A stretch of DNA of 44,298 bases from Octopus bimaculoides (GCF_001194135.2 NC_068998.1:42475508-42519805), one strand, 5' to 3'. Shown: positions 10,609 to 21,486, numbered from the stretch's first letter. A program made the numbers and translations. The notes: a model not told the origin generated them from the sequence alone.

Positions 10609-11417
10609 CCGACAACAACTTTTTCCGTCTTATAAGGACAATAGCCAATCTTTCTGCTGATATCAAGGCTATACTGCGTTCGAAATACTACTTCCTTGTC
10701 TTGTAAAAATATCAGGAATTGTTTTAAAAAAAATTGTTAAAATATTCTGTGCAATGTAGAAGTATGACCGATTTACTGTACATAATTTTAACAGCTAAGT
10801 CTTATAAGGACCTTCATGAGTCATGTGGACCCCTGTTGAAAACCGCTGGTCTACATAGCCCCCAAACATACTAGACACGTAAAGCCGTTTGATATGTCTT
10901 GATGTCAGTAAAACTACCATACATCATTTACTAGGATCACTTATGTTGGTATTTTTCAAATAGAGGCGCTTGTTTAGAAATCAATATTTTTTCTTAAATG
11001 TTTTTTTCTAAAACCAAAGGAGGCAATTCTGTTTGAACTTGCTTCAGTTTTGCTGAAACTTTTCATTGGAAGTGACATGACCCTTGTGATTTGTCGATGT
11101 ATTATGGAGGGCAACAAGAAGTGTATACGCGCGCACATACACACACATAGTTGAAAAAGGGGTTAAGAATCCATAGAAATCAAAAGTTACAGTTAAAAAA
11201 TAAAGGTGGAAACAGCACGAAAGTATGTTTAAAGATTGTTGTATATTTATTACATTGAAGATTAATATAAGATATTATCGCTTTCGATGTGTATATCCAG
11301 CTTATCAGATATTAAGAATTGAAAGCCAAAAATTTGGGAAGAAAACAATTTGAAATCAAAACCCGTTGGTTCTCATAATTTGTGCATAGTCATTTAATGT
11401 TTTTCCTACAGGTAAGA

Positions 11418-11797
11418 TGAAATTTTTAAAGTTCGCTGCCCGCAAACATCTTTGCCAGTATATATATATACAAAGAGTGAAGCTTTACTATAGCGTCGTA
11501 TATTATCAACTGTTATTTCCAGTAAATATCGGTGCATTGTTGTACCACTATTCTATATCTATATTTAACTTGATGGTGCTTTTTTTTATTATTATTTATA
11601 AGCCTTTTTAAAGCCTAGCCAGGCTCATGGGCCAGGTTTCCCGGTTTCTATGAATTTTTTTTACGTTCGCCGCCCGCAAACATCTTTGCCAGTATATATA
11701 TATACAAAGAGTGAAGCTTTACTATAGCGTCGTATATAATCGACTGCTATTTACTGTAAATATTGGTGTATTGTTGTACCACTATTCAATATATATC
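11418..11797 (+). repeat. Local direct duplication (~11418-11565 and ~11651-11797) separated by the 3' tip of a SINE family D copy
   Basis: Long near-identical stretch CCCGCAAACATCTTTGCCAGTATATATATATACAAAGAGTGAAGCTTTACTATAGCGTCGTATAT in both copies. 11605-11652 in reverse reads CATAGAAACCGGGAAACC, as at the end of the 37105-37311 copy. Confidence 0.85.
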
Positions 11798-11829
11798 GTG
11801 TGTGTGTGCATGTGACTGTGCGTATATAT

Positions 11830-12054
11830 AAGGGAGCGGGCTACTAACCCCAAGAATCCGAGTTCGATTCCAAACAGTGACCTGAACAACAACAATAATA
11901 ATACTAACATAAAAAAATACCTTATGAATGAGAACCCAGGTTCGAAATTTCCTCAAGACACCTGAAGAAGGCTGGAGGGTATATCAGCCGAAATGTTGTG
12001 TGTTAACAACAAACAAGATGAGGACAAATATCCGTCGAATGTAAATAATGTAAA
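11830..12054 (+). mobile_element. tRNA-headed SINE with hammerhead-ribozyme 3' module (copy 2, A box truncated)
   Basis: B box GTTCGATTCC at 11862-11871, a short (AAC/AAT) linker, a body matching the reverse complement of 705-868, and the tail GTAAATAATGTAAA. Confidence 0.82.
11957..12002 (+). ncRNA. Minimal type I hammerhead ribozyme motif
   Basis: GACAC-CUGAAGA-A-GGCUG[GAGGGUAUAU]CAGCC-GAAAU-GUU-GUGU. Stem II is a perfect 5 bp and stem I is 4 bp. Predicted cleavage is after GUU (11997). Confidence 0.72.
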
Positions 12055-12846
12055 GATTAGGTTTATTTCAATTCCCTTTCCTCATATTTCATCACGACTA
12101 TATGTTTTTAAAGCGGTTTAAACCGGTAACCTATTTTGATAGAAATTTCAACGCTTTCTGTGTTTGACCATGTTAAATTTCTCTGACCATATTTTCGTTT
12201 TATCTTGATAAGTTTGCTTTCGTGAAGCCTCTCAACATTTTCAGCGCGTGTGGACACACACACACACACACAAATATATTCATACATATCTCTAAATCGA
12301 TCTACACATACATATATTTTGCACGAGCACACACACATACACTCATATCTGTGTGTGCATAAGTGTGTGTGTGAGTGCGTGTGTTGGCGTTAAGAAGATT
12401 ATCATCACAGCTAAATTATCATCATTTCATTAACATGGTAATTAAGTGCTACGTTAATTAAAATGTATGCATATTTAATCAGTTAGTAAAAGCGTATTCA
12501 AATAACTCGGAACATAAAATTTACTAAGTCAAACCAAACTAGTTTGTGATAAACGGAAAACGAGATTTAACTGACCATCAATTTATTGATAGCCCGTATA
12601 ACCGATGATCAATAGATTCGTTGGACACTATGAATGATGACCAATATGACTGATGACTAATAGGATATTTCACTCAACGAGCAAGAAAGAAGATACGAGT
12701 TTTGATATGTTTCATTCCAGAGCTAATTCTTTACGGGAGTGTGTTCTTGTCTCAGGAATTTACCAAAGTGTTAAACCGAATCCAGTTACCTAAATTAGCG
12801 TCTTTCTGAAATATGCAGAAATGTATGTGTATATACGTCACTGTGG

Positions 12847-12998
12847 TGGAGTCGCAATGGCCCAGTGGTTAGGGCAGCGGACTCGCGGTCATAGGATCGC
12901 GGTTTCGATTCCCAGACCGGGCGTTGTGAGTGTTTATTGAACGAAAATACCTAAAGCTCCACGAGGCTCCGGCAGGGGATGGTGGCGAACCCTGCTGT
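12847..12998 (+). mobile_element. SINE family C, 5' part (tRNA-derived), truncated by (TCTA)n
   Basis: A box TGGCCCAGTGG and B-box-like GTTTCGATTCC, followed by non-tRNA body. Confidence 0.8.
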
Positions 12999-13599
12999 CT
13001 ATCTATCTATCTATCTATCTATCAATTTATTTATATATATGTGTATATGAAGCACACACACACACACAGACGTACTCTTATCTTCAGTTGGCATTACTGG
13101 TAAGACAACACTTCGCTAAAGAGGTCAAATAGATCGAAAATTTTTCCTGATGTATCGACATACTACCAAAGACCAAATCCGCTCGTCACAATATCAACTG
13201 TATTCCAATTTATTTTTAATTAATTTCAATTGATTAAAATATATGCCTTGTCCACCCCACCCCCACACTCCTTCATCTAACATCGTCCTTATTCTATAGA
13301 AATAAAGACTTGTTGACGAAAATTATAAAATACAAAACAAGATTGGAGAATATTTAAATTATTCAGAACTATGAGCTGTATGATAATTAAGAGTTAAATG
13401 AGTGAAAGCATATTCAAGCATTGGAACTATGCAGAAATTAAAAACAAGTAATTAGAATAAGAGAATTTGTGAAATATGAAATTAAACGATGACCAACTTT
13501 TTAATTCAAACATCAATAGTATATTTCTCTCCTCTTATTTTGTTGTTTTATTGTTTTCTGTTACATTCTTCATTCTGTCACTGTTTTTCTCTCTCTCTT

Positions 13600-13731
13600 T
13601 CTTTCCTTATCTCTCTTTATCTCTTCCCTCTCTTTCCCTCTCTCTCTCTCTCTCTCTCTATTTCTATCTGTATGTTCATTTATCTGTTTTCATAACTGAC
13701 TGTCTATCTATCTATCTGTCCGTCCATCCAT

Positions 13732-13789
<58 letters not shown>

Positions 13790-13853
13790 GTCTATTTCTC
13801 TGTCTGCCTGTCTGTCTATGTATGTATGTATCTATTTATCTATTCATCCATCT

Positions 13854-13885
<32 letters not shown>

Positions 13886-13935
13886 GTCAATCTGTCTGTC
13901 TATCTATCTATCTATTTATCTATATATATATCTAT
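13600..13935. repeat. Compound (CT)n/(TCTA)n/(TCAA)n microsatellite
   Basis: Direct reading. Confidence 0.95.
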
Positions 13936-15001
13936 CTAACAGGCTCTTATCATTCGTTACTTCAGCAGTGAAAAACAAAATCTCCACTGATCTCAACAGC
14001 ATATAAATTCATATATTCCCAACCTCTACGTATATATAGATGCATACACGCAACATACATACACAAAATGCTCACACATATACATACACATACTATACTT
14101 TACATACGCATACACATACTACAGTATACATACACATATACACTACCTAGTCACTTACAGATATATACGAATGCAACACCATACATACATATATGCATGC
14201 AATATTTGACATACATACATACATACATATATACATACACAGACCTGCACACGTACTTATGCGATAATATATATGACACTTGTGACAGCTCTGCTGCAAA
14301 CTTTGATAACATCAGTGAACCGCGACACACCAGTTTTAACAAACAAAAATTCTGACGTATTTTCACAAATCAATCACTCTAAAAGCCATAATAGATTTTA
14401 AAAGGTCTTTTAGAAATGATTTTGCTTTTCATTTTCGTCAAACTATTTATTTTTGCACACAGGAATATTTCTCAGAGAACTTCGTCAGAAATATACGGTT
14501 ATATATGTGACGTACATCTGACACAGAATGGGGAAGGAGAAGACATTCGTCTCTGTAAAAAAGAAAAAAAAAACAAAACAAAAAGCTCAAGTTTCTAATA
14601 TGTATATAATAGATGTGTACAGCACACGCAATCTGTCTCAGAAAATTTCATAGACATACATACATACATACATACATACATGTCCACACACAAACACAAA
14701 TATACATATATGCGTGTGTGTGTGTGTGTGTGTATAGTTAGATACGCAGGTAGATGTTCTTTTATATTGTACATAATTGGCTGTGTCCTTGTGGTCAATA
14801 AAATAAATCATCATCATCGTCAAGGACGACGGCAACAACGACAACAGCAAAATGATAATGATAATAATAATAATAATATTAATAATAATAATGATAGTGA
14901 TAATGATAATAATAATAATAATGATGATGATGATGATGATGATTATGATAATGATAATGATGATAATAATAATAATAATAATAATAATTTTGGCACAAGG
15001 T

Positions 15002-15074
15002 CAGCAAATTCGACTACATCGACCCCAGTGTGTAACCAGTTACACACTGGTGTCGATGTAGTCGAATTTTGCTG
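15002..15074. repeat. Near-perfect palindrome built from the SINE A 3' module
   Basis: Arms 15002-15036 and 15039-15074 differ by one mismatch and one extra T; the loop is 2 nt. Confidence 0.9.
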
Positions 15075-15235
15075 GAGAAATATAAAAGTTTCTGTCACGA
15101 AAGGATGTAGTAATGTATATGCTTCACCATCACACTTAAAATGTTAAAGCAGTATTTGAATATATGAAACAGGAAAAGAAATTTAAAATATAAAGAGCTG
15201 GAATGATAAAAAAAAAGCATAAACAATCAAATATC

Positions 15236-15469
15236 TTATTTCTTTACTGCCCACAAGGGGCTAAACATAGAGGGGACAAACAAGGACAGACAAACGGATT
15301 AAGTCGATTATATCGACCCCAGTGAGTAACTGGTACTTATTTAATTGACCCCAAAAAGATGAAAGGCAAAGTCGACCTTGACGAAACTTGAATTCAGAAC
15401 GTAGCGGCAGACGAAATGCCGCTAAGCATTTCGCCCGACGTGCTAAAGATTCCGCCAGCTCATCGCCTT
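15236..15469 (-). mobile_element. SINE family A, full length, tail type 1, with 17-bp TSD
   Basis: The TSD ATAAACAATCAAATATC is exact at 15219-15235 and 15470-15486; collinear with 37557-37788. Confidence 0.95.
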
Positions 15470-15602
15470 ATAAACAATCAAATATCGTTGTGCAGTAGAA
15501 TGTGATATGAAAATGTTACATTATACTGTGCTACACGATTTTTTTCCTTGGGTAGCAAATGCTGTTTTCTATTTGCTTACCCCTTTACTTTTGTTGCATT
15601 TC

Positions 15603-15765
15603 TTCAAACCCCAAATAATCCTTCTCAGCGCATGGCTATGTTGCTCCCACCACTATTCATGCTCATCAGAGCTGCACATATTGTCAGCGAATAGGGGACA
15701 TGCTGAAGTGGTTAAGGTCAAACAAGTGACGAGCAAATGAATGTTATTGAGCAGAATATTTGCTA
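15603..15765. repeat. Degenerate partial copy of repeat family E
   Basis: Shares TTCAAACCCCAAA, ATCAGAG.TGCAC, GTGGTTAAGGTCAAACAA and TTATTGAGCAGAATATTTGCT with 17625-17790. Confidence 0.8.
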
Positions 15766-17121
15766 TAACGATATATCTGCTTCAGCAACTCAGCGCTGAA
15801 TTTGTATGAAATGTAATGGAAAATATATTAGTTTCAAAACATTGGTGGCCAGGCAACAAAAGCTAAGTTTGAAGGGAATTGGAATCATTTCCCTTGATTT
15901 CTAGATAGAAGTAAGTAGGAAATAACACTTACTGAGCAAAGATAAATAAAAATAAAATTTTGCTACGCAGTGTTATAGATGTAGCCGTTCCTCTATAGCA
16001 AGCAAAGGAGCAGGAAAAACCGATCACTATTTGGGGTTCTGATTGGAATTTCAAGAATACGGAACGTACAAACTAAAGTTGTAGTAGTAATAATTGAAGA
16101 TCTTTGCTCCATTTCTAACAAGTTTGCAATGCATTGAAGGGAGCTAAATATAACACCTGATGATGCAGCCTTCCAAACATCAGCATCTCGTGGGACGACG
16201 CCCACAACAAACATCACTAATATCGCCTTAACATTCCCATCAGCTTACAGCAACTGTAACAGCTATGGATATTCTCTTCAGCTCATTTAACGCCGACTTC
16301 ATTACAACTGACCATATCTAAGGCACAACAAGCCACGATTCAACAAACTCGCGAGAATGATCAAAAAGATAAAACGTTCCAAAAACAAACCTACATACGG
16401 CGACAGATTTCGTATGGAACAAAAGAACCAAATGTTTTTTTAGTGGTTATTGGAAAACATTTAGAGAATAATAAGATATATATGGGGAGGGAGACAAAGA
16501 GATGAGGGAGGCTGTCTAGTAAGAGAGAGTAGGATAGAGAATAAAGAGGGAGATAGAGTGAGAGGAAGAGAGGAGGAAAGAGAAGGGTGTGAGGAGTGGA
16601 GGGGAAAGGTTTAAGCGGAAGAGTATTGCAGTGGATCGATAACTTGCTAGTATTAACCTTTCAGATCTTTGGATGGACGGCCATTTTGATATACATATGT
16701 TGTGCACTCACGCCACTACATATGTATGTATACACGGATACACACACGCACACACATATATACGTATGGACATACGTATACACACACGTATGTACGAGTA
16801 CATGTATGTACATATGCATATATGTACGTAAGCATGTATAGTACATGTATTAAACACCTATATACAATACACACATATATACAATACATATAAATTTATG
16901 TACAATCACACACATATATATGTGTGTGTGTAGACATATATAAATGTATAGTCTCCATTATTTTAGCTCATATCACATCTTCTTCTTTTACCACCACCAC
17001 CACCACTACTATAAAAATAAGTACCTGTTGACTACTGGGGTCAATGTAATACGTTGCTTCCTACTCAAAAATATGCAGGTTTTGTGCCTATAATAGAAAG
17101 ACTTATATTAATAATAATGAT

Positions 17122-17321
17122 TATTTATTTCTTTATTGCCCACAGGGGGGGGGGACAAACAAGGAGAGACAAAGGGATTAAGTCGATTACATCGACTTGT
17201 ACTTATTTAATCGACCCCGAAAGGATGTAAGGCAAAGTCGACCTTGGCGGAATTTGAACTCAGACAAAATACTGCTAAGCATTTCGCCCGGCATTCTAAC
17301 GATTCTGTCAGCTCGCTGCCC
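17122..17321 (-). mobile_element. SINE family A, tail type 1, with internal deletions
   Basis: Collinear with 15236-15469. Confidence 0.9.
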
Positions 17322-17364
<43 letters not shown>

Positions 17365-17365
17365 G

Positions 17366-17882
17366 AGTGTAAGCGCAAAGTGATACTGGGGTACAAATAT
17401 ACGAAGCCTAATATACACATCATGACTACTCGTCTGATAAGGGTAGACCTGGCGCAGGTACGCGGCATGATGGCCTTGTATCAAGATAAACTGCGCATGA
17501 CCTTGCAAGTGGGACCTGTGAGAATTTTCTTCAGGTCGAGTAGCCAATCCCGCTCAAAAGGTTCCTGAATCAGAGTTGTTTAAGGATGCTGAACGAAACA
17601 CCCCTGTTTCTAGAGACGAAATATTCAAACCCCAAAGAATTCATCTCATCATATAGCTATGATGCTCTCCCACTACTTCTGCTTGTGATCAGAGATGCAC
17701 AATTCATCAGCCACAAACGAACAGATTCGTGTGGTTAAGGTCAAACAACTGGCAAGCAATTCTGAATTATTGAGCAGAATATTTGCTTAGCTCATCTTTT
17801 ATACCATGACAAAATATGCACACGATATCACTTCGAATCAGTTAAGATTAGAAGTCATGAGAAACAGTACCTACATCAGGAA
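17366..17882. mobile_element. Repeat family E: ~517-bp non-coding interspersed element flanked by (ATT)n on both sides
   Basis: A second copy lies at 15603-15765. No credible ORF; ATT repeats at both junctions. Confidence 0.65.
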
Positions 17883-17910
17883 ATTATTATTGTTGCTGTT
17901 GTCGTTGTTT

Positions 17911-18718
17911 TACTTCTCAAAGTGCTCGGTCTTGTTCTCATAGATTCTGTGAGAGCGGACAGCATCCTATTGTCAGAGGTCTCACAGGATCTCTTTCCGC
18001 ACATTATAAGCTTTGATATTTGGTTGTTAATTATTGTGGGAGACATTCAACATCCAAGTACCAATCTCAAAACCCTAGCTGTCCACAGCAGAGCAATGTT
18101 TTTGGGCTTGTTCTACCCTCGTGTCAATTCTGATTTCTCTGACATATTTCGCGAACTTGGTTATTAGTGCCCCGAGGGCCCCTACAACTACTGGGATGGC
18201 AGACACTCTCCTCATGGTCCATATTCTTGCAATTTCGTCCTTTTGCAGTCTGTACTTTTCATTCTTTTCTAGTTCTTCGTCACTTTTGCATCTCCAGGTA
18301 TTGCAATATCTATGATCTTCGTTTCCCTTCTTAATTTATCTACCAGAATAACAGCTAGTCTCCGAGCCTCGTTTAGGGAGACACACTGGATTGTAAAAAT
18401 CCCACAGTTCCTTGTTCTCGGTGACTCCTCCTGGTTCATGTTCGTACCATTTCCGTGCTTTGTTCAGACCATACTTTTCACATAGTCTCCAGTGTACGCT
18501 CTTAGCCACGTCATCGTACCTCCTTTTGTAGTGATTTTGGGCCAACTTGCTACATTCACTCACAATATGTGAGATTGTTTCCTTTCTGCTGCCACACATC
18601 CAACAAAGGGGAGATTCGTTACTCTTATCTATTTGAAACTTGGTGCAATTAGTTCTCAGAGCTTTTCCTGGGCGCTGCATATCAATGCATGCCACAGTGC
18701 ATCCTTTCAGATCACTTT
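17911..18718 (-). mobile_element. RLE-type non-LTR retrotransposon 3' fragment with CCHC zinc knuckle and RLE domain (R4/Dong-like)
   Basis: CWMCGSRKETISHIVSEC (18552-18605), then YDDVAKSVHWRLC, WYEHEPGGVTEN, LWDF and the RLE region shared with 7020-7468. The 3' end runs into (AAC/AAT)n and the 5' end abuts (GAA)n. Confidence 0.92.
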
Positions 18719-18805
18719 TTCTTCTTCTTCTTCTTCTTCTTCTTCTTCTTCTTCTTCTTCTTCTTCTTCTTCTTCTTCTCCTCCTCCTCCTCCTCCTTCT
18801 TCTTC
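18719..18805. repeat. (TTC)n/(CTC)n microsatellite running into a gap
   Basis: Direct reading. Confidence 0.95.
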
Positions 18806-19319
18806 NNNNNNNNNNNNNNNNNNNNNNNNNNNNNNNNNNNNNNNNNNNNNNNNNNNNNNNNNNNNNNNNNNNNNNNNNNNNNNNNNNNNNNNNNNNNNNN
18901 NNNNNNNNNNNNNNNNNNNNNNNNNNNNNNNNNNNNNNNNNNNNNNNNNNNNNNNNNNNNNNNNNNNNNNNNNNNNNNNNNNNNNNNNNNNNNNNNNNNN
19001 NNNNNNNNNNNNNNNNNNNNNNNNNNNNNNNNNNNNNNNNNNNNNNNNNNNNNNNNNNNNNNNNNNNNNNNNNNNNNNNNNNNNNNNNNNNNNNNNNNNN
19101 NNNNNNNNNNNNNNNNNNNNNNNNNNNNNNNNNNNNNNNNNNNNNNNNNNNNNNNNNNNNNNNNNNNNNNNNNNNNNNNNNNNNNNNNNNNNNNNNNNNN
19201 NNNNNNNNNNNNNNNNNNNNNNNNNNNNNNNNNNNNNNNNNNNNNNNNNNNNNNNNNNNNNNNNNNNNNNNNNNNNNNNNNNNNNNNNNNNNATATATAT
19301 ATATGTACATATATATATA

Positions 19320-19410
19320 TTTTTTTTGTTCTTAGGCCCCCTAGTCAACCGTGAATAAACAAGCAAATGATCAAAGGCACTCTTAACGTGACCATCCTGT
19401 CTTTGCAGAG
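19320..19410. repeat. Old degenerate interspersed repeat fragment (related pieces near 440-550 and 36965-37050)
   Basis: Shared CGTGACCATCC motif preceded by a (GTT)n/TTTAG-like run; low identity. Confidence 0.4.
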
Positions 19411-19534
19411 TTATATCCGATTACAAAGGGGAATGTGTTAAGTAGGGTGAGATTTGAGGTAAATTCACTCACTATATCTAGCAGGTCCCTCGTTGGCTTT
19501 TGTAAGTTCCAGTGGTAGGCCCAGCTGAGGCATG

Positions 19535-20290
19535 ATGATCGTGTGGTGGTGGTGGAGGTGGTAGTGGATGGTTGTGGTGGTAGTTGTGGCAATAGAGGTG
19601 CTGAGGAAAGTAATGGTGGTAGTATTAGGAGCAATGGTGGTAGTAAGAGGTGATAGTGGATGTGGTGTTGGTTGCAGTATTTATGGTGGTGTTGTGGGTG
19701 GGGTAGGGTAATAGCAGTGGTGGTTTGCAGCAGTGATTGTGGGCGTAGTGGTAGTGGTGGAGGAGACGACGGTAGTTAAGAGGATGATGATGATGATGAT
19801 GACGAGGATGAGAATAATGATGATGATGATGAGGAGGAGGAGGAGGAGGTGGGGTGAAGGAAGTGGAGGATACTGATGAATTAAGAAGATGGTGAAGATG
19901 GGAATAACGATAATGATGATGAGGAGGAGGGGGAGAGGGGGGGAAGGATGATGATGACGATGATGGTGGTGATAATGATAACACTGAAGATGAGTATGAT
20001 GATGATGATGATGATGATGATAACGATGATGATAGTGAGTAGGACGATAGTGATGAGAATGATGATGATGGTGAATACTTTGATATGTAATTTAATAAGA
20101 TCAAAGTGATACAACACTAAATGAATGGAATCTTCATCAGCACCACCACCACCACCACCGTCACCACCACCACCACCACCACCACCGTATCTGTTGCTAA
20201 TGTTGATATCATCGTCATCATCCTCATCATTATTATCGTCGTCGTCGTCGTTGTTGTCATCATCATCATCATCATCATCGACGACAACAA
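19535..20290. repeat. Long degenerate trinucleotide low-complexity tract (GGT/GAT/GAG switching to CAC/CAT)
   Basis: Direct reading; it is the source of several spurious ORFs. Confidence 0.9.
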
Positions 20291-20626
20291 GTTAATGACT
20301 GCGTGCACACATGCACAGTATGCACACATGCGCACACACGCACATACACATGCGTACATATAAATGTATATATATATATATANNNNNNNNNNNNNNNNNN
20401 NNNNNNNNNNNNNNNNNNNNNNNNNNNNNNNNNNNNNNNNNNNNNNNNNNNNNNNNNNNNNNNNNNNNNNNNNNNNNNNNNNNNNNNNNNNNNNNNNNNN
20501 NNNNNNNNNNNNNNNNNNNNNNNNNNNNNNNNNNNNNNNNNNNNNNNNNNNNNNNNNNNNNNNNNNNNNNNNNNNNNNNNNNNNNNNNNNNNNNNNNNNN
20601 NNNNNNNNNNNNNNNNNNNNNNNNNN

Positions 20627-20689
<63 letters not shown>

Positions 20690-21445
20690 ACATGTACACA
20701 CAATATATGCATATATATGTATATATGTGTGTGTGTTTGTATGCACACATGCATATACATTTACATGTACATGTACATATGTATGTGTGTGAATATATTT
20801 GAATGTATCTGTATGTATTTGTAGCATATATATATACATACATATATATATATATATATATAGACATAGGCGATTATACTTGTGCATATATACATTGATA
20901 CATATTTATGCACAAGTATTGAAACATACACGGTTATAAATGCTTGTATAAATATTTCTATAAAATTATATCTTTGTATATGTAAATACGTATCTCTTTC
21001 CATGTACACCTATTCGCATGCGCGGATTCATTCCGATGTACATATTACCTTTACATATGCATAGATGAACAAACATAATATATACGCTCACATGTGCTTG
21101 AATGTGTGCGTTGGCTTTGATCCTGTCTTAGGAGAGAACAGGCTATTTATAAGAGCCTTTGACCTATCTACGCAGTACGCAGTAATGGTGTCAAGAGAGA
21201 GAAAGAGAGAGAGAGAGAAAGAAAGAGAGAGATAGAGAGAGGGGGGGGGTGCGATCAAGGGTCAAGAGAAAGACACGGACAGACAGTCACAAACAAAGCC
21301 AACGTTGCTTTTCACGGTGTGGTGGTATCAACGCAGCGCTTTGTCAAGGCTATTACGAGTTAACTTTAAAATCCTTGATATACAGTTTAACGTAACTGGA
21401 GGGAATAAGAGATCTCTGCTAGCCTGTTCCTATGAACCCGCAGGA

Positions 21446-21486
<41 letters not shown>

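Larger units (their letters stand above)
10069..10628. mobile_element. Short-TIR element flanked by duplicated CTTATAAG, hosting a SINE and a tRNA-like remnant
   Basis: The ends read ACGGAAAAAAGTT...AACTTTTTCCGT. CTTATAAG occurs at 10061-10068 and 10629-10636. Confidence 0.5.
9691..10848. mobile_element. Non-autonomous hAT (Charlie/Buster-like) element carrying nested insertions
   Basis: TIRs CTGCGGTTCTCAAC (9691) and GTTGAAAACCGCTG (to 10848) match at 12/14. The flanking 8-mers TTTTACAT and GTCTACAT (6/8) fit a decayed 8-bp TSD. Confidence 0.65.

Noticed and set aside
12847-12925. True tRNA genes at SINE heads (also 1139-1217, 37105-37175, 10558-10608)
   Set aside because: No complete cloverleaf or terminator, and the heads run into SINE bodies.
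14465-14490. Minus-strand CUGACGA-A-G...GAAAU motif
   Set aside because: It lacks the G10.1-C11.1 closing pair and a stem I; likely chance.
16020-16315. Possible APE endonuclease remnant (GSDWN, IALTF, TDH resembling GDFN, IDLTF, SDH)
   Set aside because: The three motifs are in three different frames and each is degenerate.
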